Source: Anthoceros angustus
Lineage: Eukaryota; Plantae; Anthocerotophyta
Assembly: GCA_010909165.1 (NCBI GenBank)
Contig: MU008182.1
Span: 558,001 to 622,000 of the forward strand
Length of the DNA stretch: 64,000 bases
Direction of reading: 5' to 3'
Shown here: one piece after another, positions 1-11,900 of the stretch
Position numbering within the stretch: position 1 is the first letter of the stretch
Layout of the letters: every line of letters begins with the position of its first letter
Program-made: the position numbers and the translations under genes
The notes under the pieces: generated by a model
What the model was told of the DNA's origin: nothing
Database searches by the model: none
The model's input: only the letters and a program-made list of their open reading frames with translations

Positions 1-1102
1 GTCCTTTGCTCAGCAGTTTAGCAAGCGCCCATATTCATAACCTTCACTTCCACGCCAATTGAACAGACCCTCCCGCCCAGATAATAATCCGTCTTGTCAT
101 CAGAGTTTCGGACTTCTTAACGTCTCTTTGAAACCGCTGTGCTCACGATACTCGGGAGCCCACTCCCCGTAATTTCGAGAGAACGAGACTGCCGCGTCTT
201 CGTGATATGCAGAGGGATGAACGATGAAACCAGATGGGAAATTGAAACCCTGGATTCCTGGCGTGTGTTTGTTTGTTTGTCTTTAGTGTATGTAGATACA
301 TCCGGGGGCCGTGTTTTGTGCGGAAAACTTTGGGCTGACCTTGTCTTGCTCTTCATAGATATTCCCTAGTAAGAGGTAACGTTCATCCCCGTCCTTCAGT
401 CGTTTGTCGCACCAAGGGGACACCTGGAGATGTTGATGGATGTCGAAATTGCAGAATCACCATGAAACGTGTGACCAAGGTGTCAAGCTCATGAGACCCA
501 CAAGGGCCTTGACGACGAGCAGCACAGATGAGTGTTGGCAGGAGAGTGATGCAATGGTTGAGGCTTTTAGTGTTTTCCGCATTATGTACGTACCATTAGG
601 GGATCGGGCATGAGGAGTTTGCAACACTGAGATAATTCGGACTTCCTTCATCAGATTTCTGCAGATCAACAAGGTGTTGATCTCGCAGAAGAACTGTTGC
701 AGCCTTTCAAGCTTGCAAAGACTACAAGCAACATGTAGCTCGAAATTAGATCCCTACGCAAGGTGTGCCACCTACTAAATATGTGTCAACTATGGCAAAT
801 ACAATCAATGACAGGATTTAAGGCACAACACGAGACAAGGTTCGAAAGTTCAAAGTCCCTGCTTGTCTGCACAGCAGCAACCAATCTTGCCTCGCCGACT
901 GGTCCGAATTCGGGCAGCAAATGAATAGGTATGTGAGTCCACCGTCCAGTGAGTTCCTCCACCTCCTAAATTGCTTCAGAATCCATCCTGCACCGCCGAA
1001 TGCCACCTAGGAGATCTATGTTACAAAACAAGTGTGCAAATAGTGTGATCCGTCACCTGGCATGCATGCACCATGATATACAGTCCGTCAGTCCCCTCGC
1101 GG

Positions 1103-1843
1103 TCACATACCCATACCCGCCCCCCGCAGGAAGCCACGATCGCTCAAGAACTGAATCAGGTCCTTAGCCATGGCGTCCGGAGAAACAGTGTCCCCACACT
1201 TGGAATATAGATCAAGCACAATCTCCGGCTTCTCAGGCACTTCGTAGGGGTCATCAATCCCAGTGAAGCCTTTCAGCTTGCCAGCCCTTGCGAGCTTGTA
1301 CAGCCCCTTGCAGTCACGCTTCTCACAAACCTCCAAGGGCACCTTCATGTACACCTCGATGAACTCGTCCTTGCTCACCAGGCTCCGCACAAAGTCCCTG
1401 TCCTTTCTGTAAGGAGAAATGAAGCTCACCAGCGTGATAAGCCCGGCATCCGAGAAGAGCTTTGCCACCTCGCCGACTCTCCTGATGTTCTCCTCCCGGT
1501 CAGCCTGAGAGAAGCCGAGGTTCTTGCACAGGCCATGCCGAATGTTGTCCCCATCCAGGACGTAGCTCAGCTTCCCCAGGCCCGTAAGGTACCGCTCGAC
1601 CGCACACGCCACAGTGCTCTTCCCGGATCCGCTGAGCCCCGTGAACCACACAATGCAACCCTTCTGGTCCAGAATGTTCCTGCGATGCTCCTGAGTCACG
1701 CACCCCTGATGCCACTTCACGTTGGGGCACATTTGCGACTGTGCATGTGCCATGGTCGCGAACCTCCGACACCAGGGATTTCCGACCGATTTAGTCGCTC
1801 CCACCAAGGTGGAGGTGGACAACCCTCCCATGTGCTGCAGCAT
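1103..1843 (-). CDS. APK: Adenylyl-sulfate (APS) kinase, plant-type, uninterrupted ORF; start codon uncertain (1843, 1831 or 1753)
   Basis: P-loop [41 protein letters not shown] and [23 protein letters not shown]; plant-like N-terminal NVKWH..LDQKGC segment. Confidence 0.95.
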   Translation of the reverse strand: MLQHMGGLSTSTLVGATKSVGNPWCRRFATMAHAQSQMCPNVKWHQGCVTQEHRRNILDQKGCIVWFTGLSGSGKSTVACAVERYLTGLGKLSYVLDGDNIRHGLCKNLGFSQADREENIRRVGEVAKLFSDAGLITLVSFISPYRKDRDFVRSLVSKDEFIEVYMKVPLEVCEKRDCKGLYKLARAGKLKGFTGIDDPYEVPEKPEIVLDLYSKCGDTVSPDAMAKDLIQFLSDRGFLRGAGMGM

Positions 1844-3584
1844 AGGGAAGAGATCTCATTTATCCCACGCCCGCACCAATTCGGAAGAGCCGCAAGCAGG
1901 AAGCAGGAGGCAAGCAAGGAAGCCGAGTCAGTTCGTTCCTGCGGATGGCATTCCTTCAGTCACAGCAATAGCAGGCGCGAGCATGGGCCAGCCGGTGCTC
2001 CGTACGACAAGCGCAGTCTGCAAAGCAGCAGAAAAATTCGGCAGAGCGGCGTGGCCAGGGTCCGCCCCTGGTCACTCATTACACCACAAAGTGCCCCGAC
2101 CTGCGGGATCCCGGTGCCGCATGTTTTCCTCTTCCCAATAATAGACAGTCAGTCGACGCCGCTAGAGAGAAGAGAGAGAGAGAGCGATCCGCTTCCTCGC
2201 CGTGATAACAATTTTGAAAGCACGGAACACCGATCTCGACACGTTGAAAGTGGGGACATGATGTGCGCTGAGCTGAAGAAATAAAGGTGGTCACGAAACG
2301 GCGATCGAGGATCACAAAACAAAACAGGAGGCAGCAAGTGGCCACACTTGGGCCATCAACTGGTCCGTGATCGGATTCGGTGTCATGCCCCAAATACCCT
2401 GACATTCTACTGCTCGATGTCGGGACAAGATATTGACTCCTTCAAAAGCACATGGAACTGGTTGACCCCTCAACGACGGGCCGTTTTGAGTTTTTTTTTT
2501 CAAGGATATTCACCTGAAATTAAAGTAAGATTTTTTTGAAGTCATATTAATAATTTTACGACGAAAACAATAGTAAATTTCCAACAAGATTTTCTTCCAA
2601 CAAGGTATCACATGACTGAAACCAATCAGATCTCAAATTATTCATTCGATCGACATAAAACCGATCCTCAAAGAACACCCTCTTTCTTTACTTCAATGAC
2701 GAGTTTAACGATCAGAAACAGCATGATCCATTTTTCTTATGCAACCAAGGTATTGACATGTGTCCATAATACAAAACATTGAACAAGAGCCCAACAAAAT
2801 CGCGGAGGCACCGGGCCACCATCCTCTCTCTCATGGTTCCGAGTTTGGAGCTTAGCAAAGAAGCAGCTATGGTGTTTGCAAGCCATATGGAATATTAACT
2901 ATGTTATGCATAGTTCTCAGCAAGACTCTTGACCACCGGCTCTAGTGGGTGATGTAGTTCATTAATTTGATCAATTTGAAGAAGTTGCATATATTTACTG
3001 TGACCTCGGGGGTCGCCTTTGATGTCCTCTAGTAGACGGGTTTATTCATCTCTCTTTCCTTAGTACAAACTTACTCATATATACATCACATATTCCGGAA
3101 TTGGGAGCATGGAGTTATGTATTTGTACCCATAAAACCCTTATGGTAGGCCATTTATTAGGGCTGGTCATTGTGCGTTGTTCCTCCCCCATGGCAGGAAG
3201 CATGTTCGCTTAGGTTAGTTTCGCATGAGCCCGTGCCCGGATGCAGGCATCACTACGCGATAGATTGCAAAGCGGAGATGAACCTAAAATTGGTGCATGG
3301 GGCTGGGCTCCCTATTTCACGCAGCCTGGTCTTTATTTAGTGGTGCCAATAGAGTTAGAATTGTTTTTGACCATTGCTTGACGTCGCTTTCATGACTTCC
3401 TTGCTTCCCTTTCATCTTCCTCGGTGTTCCAAAGAAGTCTCTGCAGAATGTTTTCTCCATTCCCATCATGTGTTGGATTTTAGTTCTCCACTACTAGTGG
3501 GCAATCAATCTTAGTGTCCAGCCACTGAAGAGTTACTGCACGGTAGCTCTACAGAGGTTTCATTTTCGCAACTACACTCCGGTC

Positions 3585-4507
3585 ATGGCAAACAATCCTC
3601 ACAAGATGTGTCAAATCCACCAACAAAGAAGGCACGTCGACAGTGGACAGCATAGGAGTTGATTGTGCTACAGGCTGCAAGGAGAAAGCAAGGAGAGAAC
3701 CAAATTCACAATTCGGTGGGCATCTATCTCAACCGAGTGCCTTGACTAGAGTGCCAGCAGGACTGCAGCCCAATCTTACAAAGACAAATGGGAATCTCTC
3801 TTGACTGATTACAAGAAAATCAATGATTTCCAGAAGACTATACCAAGTGGCAAAGATGGATATTGGGCTATGGATTCGAAAAGCAAAGCCAACTACACCC
3901 TACCAACTAACTTCTTTCAAATTGTGTATTTTTTTAAAATTATGTACTTTTTTAAAATTGTGTACTTTTTTAAAATTGTGTACTTTTTTCAAATTGTGTA
4001 CTTTTTTCAAATTGTGTACTTCTTTTAAATTGTGTACTTTCAAATTGTGTATGACCACACGGATTCGTGGTGTAGCTTGGCAACAATGAATCTAGAAGGG
4101 CTTGTCTTTGATTCGTGTAACTTGAATTCAGAGAATGCAAGTGAAGTGCAATTCGAATTGTTTGGAGAAGCTGGTATAGATGGAGTCCAACATAATGAAG
4201 GCACAAATACAAGATCTTGTGAAGAAAATGAAACAAGAAAAGAAAACAGGCTTTCAAGAGTGTTCAAGGGTTGATCCCAGTTTTGCAGGCAAACAAAAAG
4301 GTCCTGGTAGAATCCATGAGCAAGACACACACACAGACCATACAGTTTGAGATGAAGAAACACGGTGACATGGTGGATCTGGAAAAGCAGAAGCTCGAAA
4401 AATCGGAGCAACTAGCAGTCGGTTACATTCATGCTATGACCATAATAGGAGATAGCTTGAACTTCTTGGGAGAATCCATACTTAGAGCAACACAGAAACA
4501 TCACTAG
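3585..4507 (+). pseudogene. Myb/SANT (trihelix-like) DNA-binding protein of a Harbinger element, disrupted
   Basis: Fragments KKARRQWTA*ELIVL and YKDKWESLLTDYKKINDF..YWAMDSKSKANYTLP, plus a C-terminal coiled-coil-like ORF at 4271-4507. Confidence 0.65.
3915..4050 (+). repeat. 18-bp minisatellite (caaattgtgtactttttt), about 7 copies
   Basis: Visible tandem units; translates as FFQIVY repeats. Confidence 0.9.
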
Positions 4508-5818
4508 CTAGACGCTTTGTCGTCTATGTCTCTCAGTACGAGGAGTATTTTCCCGTACATGTTCTATTAGCACTCGCCGCAATGTCTGAGATTCTGCAGC
4601 ATTATCTTCAATCTAGCAATCTAAGTGCTGTTTGTTCTTCTTGTTTTCCATGTGTATATCCTTCATTTCAGAGATTTATAGTGTGTCTGGCGAATTTTGG
4701 GACAGAAAACTTGGAAAATGAAGGTGAAAAATTTTGCAAGGATCTCCTATGTTTACTGCATCCTACAACATCGCAATAGATCGAAGTAGAAGAGTGTTTC
4801 TAATTAAAAAGGTCGGACTTTGGGTCTAATGCTCAACCCAACACTGGTATGATCAACCAAGGCATGTTAGGGTAACCTGCATCTCCAACAAGGAATTCTC
4901 CCACATGCCCACCTGCCAATTAAGAGCATTGCTGGCCCTTGCAATCGACTACCAGCACACACATCCTTGTAGATTCTTGAGTTCCTCAAAATTCGAGCAT
5001 CGTTGGCATTGCCTGGCCAATCGGTGACAACATCTAAAAATCGTTTGTTAGGCCCTACGATGGCCTGCATGGCCATTTTATACTTCCCATACCTCCCAAA
5101 CCAGTCTCTTGCAAATTCTTGAGGCCCAAATTCGACCTCAAAGTGGGTTGCATTGATAGCCCCACAAAAGTTTGGGATCCCATGCATTCTACTAAAGCCT
5201 TGTTTCACAAGGGCTTGTCTAGACCTTCATCACTAGGCCATGCTAGGTGCCCTTTGCCACAAAGGAGAAGAGCTTTTACAAACCTCATACAGATATCATG
5301 GACAATTGTGGTGCCTACACTAAAACATTCCCCTAGGCTGAAGTAACTATCTCCTTTAGCAAATCTACGTAAAGCCATAGCCATTTATTTGTGGACTGGC
5401 AACACTCTGTCTGGTATGCTGTTAAATCCCTCCACGCTCGGAGTCACCATGAGCAGCTGTACTAACTCACAAAGATAAGAGAAGGAGCTAGGCTTGAAAC
5501 GGAAGAATTGGGCAAACCTTGCTTGATTTGGGACAACAACCACATTTCTATAGAGAAGCCAAAAATCCTTGACACGGGTTTGATGTAATATTGCCCGCAA
5601 TGCAATCCATGCCAAAGCGCTGGCATTTTGTCTAAAGAAGCAAGAATTGCCAAACAAGCATTCAGTCCAAGAATGGATGCTTGCAATTCTATATTTTCGG
5701 CCTCTCCTAGGTGGGTTAACAAATGTATTATAAAGCAATAAGAATCTTCCATTCTCGAAAGTCGATTGGGAAATACCTGCACCTCCAATAACACAATTTT
5801 GTCAATGGCGCTCGCCAT
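4508..5818 (-). pseudogene. PIF/Harbinger (DDE_Tnp_4/HARBI1-like) transposase pseudogene
   Basis: FAQFFRFKPSSFSYLCELV; HK*MAMALRRFAKGDSY; CGAINATH; WPGNANDARILRNS; EFLVGDAGYPNMPWLIIP. In-frame stop at 5385-5387; frameshifts near 5210 and 4910. Confidence 0.85.
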
Positions 5819-6119
5819 GGGTATGGAAGTGATGCAGGCACGGACAAGAGCGCGCACTAAATACAAATGCACACAAAAAAATTTACCTGCTATTCCGGTC
5901 GATTACTATCAACCCTCCATTGTTGGTGCCTAGCTGGGTGTTCATTTTGTGCATACGAACAGCCGAACCTGGGCCCTTCAAAATTCCACGGGCTCAGGTT
6001 GGTGCTCGTGAAAAAGCCCTTAGTAGAGTTGGTTGTAGTTCGCTCCTGTTTCTCCCGCTGTGCGCCTTCTCTCTCGGTCCCGTTGCGACCACTAAGCCAG
6101 CTCCAGACTCGTGGGAGCT

Positions 6120-7482
6120 ATGGCCGTTGTATTGGATGTTTCTAGCCACCAGGGGCTGAAGCAGCTGGACGAGTATCTGCTCACGCGGAGCTACATTTCG
6201 GCGTAAGTCATGTCCCTGCCTTTGGCCCTTTTGGTGGATTTGAGTGTTTGGTGAAAGTGCTGTGTATGGTGCTGGTGTCGTGTGTTGCTATCTGCTTTGT
6301 TTGTCTAATTCGGACTAGAGGTTGACATCGTGGTGCATCGTCCAGCTACCAGGCTTCAAAGGATGATCTGGCCGTATACGCTGCTTTGAGGGGGATCCCC
6401 GCCGCCGATCTTATCAATGTCTCCCGGTGGTATAGGCACATCAGCGCTCTCCTGGGCAGCAGGTTGGGAACATAGCACCTGGATCTGGTTTGAGATTGGA
6501 TATCTGTCTTTGCTTTGTGTCCTTGACACTGCGTTTGGCTCGACAGCTTTCAGGGCCAAGGTGCCGGTGTCGTGATCGGAGGCGGGTCCACGAGCCGGGA
6601 GTTCGTCCCTCCTCCGCCGTCTGCCCCTGCCGCTGTGCCGGAGGCTCCTACCACACCTGCTCCTGCGGAGGCTAAGCCAGCTCAGGTAAACTACTGGAAG
6701 AGGGCAAGACTGGCTCCAGTTTGTGGGGAAACTAGTCTAACTGTGTGTTCTTTCCAGCAGGCAGCAGATGACGATGATGACCTGGATCTTTTTGGAGAAG
6801 AGACGGAAGAAGAGAAGGCTGCTGCAGCTGAGCGAGAAGCTGCTCTTAAGAAGGCTGGAGAGAAGAAGAAAGTTGGTCAGTATTGGTGTGCGGGATGTGA
6901 GCTTTTCTCGAGCAGGAGCAGCTTTGCTGTTTGATCGGGATGTGAAGTCTCATTCGCACTTCGTCGGGGGAGTGTTCTGGAACACCCTTGCCCTAATCAT
7001 GTTCATGCTGGTGATATTGGCAGTTGGGAAGTCTTCTGTCCTGCTCGACGTGAAGCCTTGGGACGATGAGACGGACATGGTACAGTTGGAGGATCATGTC
7101 CGCAGGGTTCAACTGCCCGGTCTTTTGTGGGGTGCCTGTAAGTACATATTATTTTCTGGTTCGTGGTATTTTGGTGTCTTGGGATTCTCCTTCCCAGCTT
7201 TAGTCATCCTGTTTGTCTTGCCCGGTGGCCCGCAGCCAAGCTACAGACAGTCGTAGCAGGAATCAAGAAGTTGACAATCATGATGACCATCGAGGATGAT
7301 TTGGTCTCTGTGGATAACCTAATTGAGGATTTTCTGTTGACTGAGCCTGCCTCCAATTACATCCAGAGTTGCGACATTGTTGCTTTCAACAAGATCTGTA
7401 AGTTTCATGCAGCTGTCGTCAGTTTGTATCAAAGTCGTCTCCATGTCGTGTCCTGGCTTCTGACTTCAGTGTTGCCGCAGAA
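6120..7482 (+). CDS. EF1B: Translation elongation factor 1B (alpha-like); exons 6120-6202, 6346-6462, 6547-6685, 6758(6761)-6875, 7024-7137, 7236-7397, 7481-7482
   Basis: [68 protein letters not shown]; all introns GT-AG and frame-consistent. Confidence 0.95.
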
Positions 7483-8130
7483 CTGGGTTCCTACAATTTT
7501 GGACGGCGTTTAGGACGAGCGTTTAGGATTAGTTGCCAATTCCACTTTTTGGTGGCCTAAATTCGTAGCCCGCAATTTCGTGAGCTATGTGCGACTAAAA
7601 TTTTGACAAAACGATGGAATAACATAATATCCTTCGTGTATGGATTGGCTCTTTGTCGGATGGGTGTCCTGTGTTATGTGCCCAGTCGAGCATGCATTCG
7701 GTGTATCTGTAATTGGTGACCTTTCAAGACCTTCTACATCTCACGCCAGCCCGCAGTATTATTGGTACAAAAGGTACCAATGAATTGAGTGCATAAAGTT
7801 TACTGAGATTCTTAGATAGAGACATAAAATTGACAATGCAGTTTGAAGTTTATAGCGATTATCAACCTTGTGTGCTTGTCAGCTACGAGAGTTCAGATTG
7901 TTCCACAAAGCTGCAAAGTAGAGACAGGTGAATCAGAAAAAATTGCGGACATTACAGAGTACTGCCTTTGAAATGAATGATGAAGGCATCAATCCTGCAC
8001 CTGCCTTGTCATCGTACCCCCTGTGACTCCTACTCCTGAGAACCGATGAAACCAAAAACAGGCTTACTGAACTGAACAAAGATAGCAACTTTGTCTCTTT
8101 GTCCTTGATGGAGTTTGTGTAACAAGCTTG

Positions 8131-8450
8131 ACCGATGGTCTCACAGGATCTGCCGAAAATTACAGCCACAGAGTTCAGGAAATGCAGCCCCTTGAAGGCC
8201 TCGTGTGAAGGAACGATACTCACAAATAAGCCAAGTTTTTGTGCCCTCTCACAAGACGTACCGTAGAGACAAGCCACGGCCTAAACCATGTTAGGAGGAA
8301 GGGCCACCGATATCACGGATTATGAGCTGAAGTCCGATGGTCTCACAGGATCCGCCGACAGTTACAGCCACAGAATTCAGGTAGTGCAGACCCTTGAAGG
8401 CCTCCTGTGAAGGAATGGGCCACCGATACCACGGATCATGACCTGAAATT
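8131..8450 (+). repeat. Dispersed direct repeats (~85 bp at 8131 and 8335; ~30 bp at 8300 and 8417)
   Basis: ccgatggtctcacaggatc..cccttgaaggcctc.tgtgaaggaa occurs twice; gggccaccgata.cacgga..atga.ctgaa occurs twice. Confidence 0.8.
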
Positions 8451-8940
8451 GGTTTGTTTCTGGAAACCCAAGAGAATAATGAGGATTAGAGTGAAAAGAC
8501 TTGCCACTGTGTATTTACATAACAAGTGCTCTAAATATGAATCGCACTCAGGACCTTCCGCTTCTTTATGCGGTGCTCTAGCCATCTGAGCATCAGAGCT
8601 GGACGATCAGATCTTGTAGTTAGGCAAATTATAAACGCTCCTTTTTGGATTATCTAAATATGTGTATGTCATTGCAAGTTGGCGGACACACGAAGCTGGC
8701 ACCACATAACCTCAACCGGCTGGACATGCTTCTATCCATGATGTGGGTTGCGAATGCACTTCTGGCAGGGTGGCTTGAGATGTATCTCTAGGGTAATGGC
8801 GTAAGCTTCTTCATGGAATCCTCATCTTGTGCACTACCTTGTCCGTGGCAGGCCAGTTATGGTGATAACAAATTATTTCAAGCCTAAATAATAGGTTCCC
8901 ACATGTCTAGGTTCCGGCATATGGCATAGCTAGCTTCTGG

Positions 8941-11900
8941 TCATGCCCACACACGATGATCTTCCTTTCGATCAACGCATGAAGAGTTCAGATTTGTCCC
9001 TTCTTCCTTTATTTTGGAAAAAAGCTGTTTTAGACTTGCATATATACCTTCACTCTCTGGGTGCTTGTTATCCCCCACCCAGAAACTATGAACCAGCCCG
9101 TCCATGTCTGTCCACCAGCTCTGGCCTGGTTGCTTCCATGCCCCGATTCCAGTTCTCTGCGCCTGCATCTCCTGGGCTTGCTCCCACATCTGGGCGCTGC
9201 TATATATGTTCGACATGGAAACATATGCTGCAGCATCCTTTTTGTCTAGCTTCACGGCTTCATCAAAAGCATGTCGTCCTATCTCCACGTTACTCCACTT
9301 TCGACAAGCACCCATTATGTTGTGCCAAACAGCAGCATCAGGCAGTACAGGCATTGTCCTTGCCAACGCTAGTGCTTCATCCAGTTGGCCTGCGCGACCT
9401 AGGAGATCCACCATGCATGTATAATGCTCCGTCATGGGTGCAATCCCATACTGTCTGCTCATGGCTTCAAAGTACTCTCGCCCCTTCTTCACTAGACCCG
9501 TGTGACTGCATACAGTTAGTACACTGAGGAGTGTCGTGCCGGTTGGTTGTATTCCATCCTTTATCATCATGCGAAACAAGTGAAAGACCACATCACTGTC
9601 TCCTTGACGGGTGTACCCTGCAATCAGTGCATTCCAGGCGTCAACATCTCTTCCTGGCAATGCGTCAAACACCTGCTGTGCATGAACCATGCTCCCAGAT
9701 TTTGCATACATAATTATCAAACTGACAGCTACAAGTCCATCAGCTTGAAGTCCTTGTTCTTCAATCTGTGCATGAAGCTGCCGTCCCAGATGCAAAGCTG
9801 CCAAATTTGCACATGCCTGCAGAAGGCAAACAAATGTGACAGAATCGGGTGCGATGATGCTTTCTTCTTGCATAACCCTGTAAAGATGCAGGGCTTCTTG
9901 CCCCATGCCCTGCTGGGAATACGCTGCTATCATGGCAGTCCAGGTTACCACATTCTTCTGACCAAGTTCATCAAAGACGCCCTCAGCATCCTCTAAGCTG
10001 CCACACTTCGCATACATGTTGACCAAGCTGTTGGCTACAAACACATCAGCATGAATCCCTTGTTCTTTAATCTGTGCATGTAATTGCCTCCCCATCTCCA
10101 AGGCTGAGACACCTTCACTTGCACATGCCTGTAAAAGGCACCCAAATGTAACACAATCCGGTGCGGCAATGCCTTCTTCTTGCATAGCGCTGTATAGATG
10201 AAAGGCTTTCAGTCCCATGCCCTGTTGGGAATATCCTGCTATTAGGGCATTCCATGTCACTACATTCTTTTGACCAAGCCCGTCAAACACGTTTTGAGCA
10301 TCCTCCAAGCTGCCACACTTTGCATACATGTTGACCAAGCTGCAACCGACAACCACATCAGCCTGAAGTCCTTGTTCTCCAATCTGAGCATGGAGCCCCT
10401 TTCCGTTTTCCAAAGCTGGGGCACCCAGACTTGCACATGCCTGCAGAAGGGACACAAATGTCACAGAATTTGGTGCAGCCATTCCTTCTTTGCACATTTC
10501 CCTGTACAAATGAAGGGCTTCCAGCCCCATGCCCTGCTGTGAATATCCAGCAATCATGGCGTTCCACGTTACCACGTCTTTCTTAGGAAGCCCGTCAAAC
10601 ACTCGTTCAGCATCTTCCAAGCTGCCACACTTTGCATACATGTCCACCAAACTGTTGGCTACAAACACATCCTCTTGAAGTCTTTGATCTCTGATTTCTG
10701 CATGAAGCTGCTTCCCCTTCTCCAAACCCGGGGATCCCACACCTGCACATGCCTGCAGGAGGCACACAAACGTCACAGCATTGGGTGTGACAAAGCCTTC
10801 GTCTTGCAAGGCCTTGTAAAGATAAAGCCCTTGGTGACCCATTCCCTGCTGGGAATACCCTGCAATCATGGCATTCCAAGTCACCACATCTTTCTGATGA
10901 AGCCCGTCAAAAATTTTCTGAGCATTTTTCAAGTTGCCACACTTAGCGTATGCTGCGATCAGAGTGGTTGCTGCAACGACACTTTTCTGACCTAGTCCAT
11001 CGAACACAATCTGTGCATCCTTTAGGCTGCCACACTTTGCATACATGTTTACAAGGCTGCCACCTACGACAACATCAACGTCCAGTCCTTGTTCACCAAT
11101 CTGTGCGTGAAGCTGTTTCCCCTTCTCCAAAGCCAGGCTACCGACACTTGCACATGCCTGCAGGAGAGACACGAAAGTCACAGCGTTTGGTACAGCAACG
11201 CCTTCTTCTTGCATAGCACCGTAAAGATGAAGTGCTTCCTGACCCAAGCCTTGCTGGGAGTATCCTGCTATCAGAGCTGTCCAGGTCACCACATCTTTTT
11301 GACCAAGTCCGTCAAACAATTGTTGGGCATCTTCCAAGCTGCCACACTTTGAATACATGTTTACCAAGCTGTTGGCTAAAAGCACATCAGCTTGAAGTCC
11401 TCGTTCTCTAACTTGTGCATGAAGCTGCTTTCCCTTCTCCAAAGCTGGGGTACCCACACGTGCACATGCCTGCAGGAGAGACACTAGTGTGACAGCATTG
11501 GGTACAGCGATGCCTTCTTCTTGCATGGCACTGAACAAATTAAGGGCTTCCTGACCCATACCCTGCTGGGAATATCCTGCTATCAGAGCTGTCCACGTCA
11601 CCACATCCCTTCTACCAAGTCCGTCAAACACTCTTCTGGCATCTTTCAAGCTCCCACACTTCGCATACATATCTATCAGGCAATTAGAAACAAACAAATC
11701 AGGGTCAACCCCACTGGCCAACACATCAGCATGCACCTGCTCCCCAGTTCGTAAGTCTGCTCCCCTTGCGCAAGCCTGAAGGGCTGCTACAAATACATGG
11801 CCATCTGGCTTCACAGGTGACTCGAGCATTCCATGATACAATTGAATGGCCTGCTTAGCTTGTCCATGCTTAACATGTGCAGAGATTATGGAGGACCACA

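Larger units (their letters stand above)
3585..5818. mobile_element. Decayed PIF/Harbinger DNA transposon with convergent Myb/SANT-like ORF (+) and DDE transposase (-); TIRs not identified
   Basis: Two-gene PIF/Harbinger layout; both ORFs carry stops and frameshifts. Confidence 0.8.

Noticed and set aside
1-1000. Possible exons of a + strand gene (AG/GT-bounded segments at ~400-480 and ~665-760)
   Set aside because: No recognisable protein and no consistent frame chain could be built.
1535-2284. 249-aa + strand ORF, and similar antisense ORFs over the PPR, LRR-RLK and SFC1 genes
   Set aside because: Shadows of GC-rich coding sequence on the opposite strand.
3150-6025. Possible Harbinger TIRs (tta-gggct.. 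at ~3158 and ..agccc-tta at ~6017)
   Set aside because: Only 5 bp of complementarity; insufficient.
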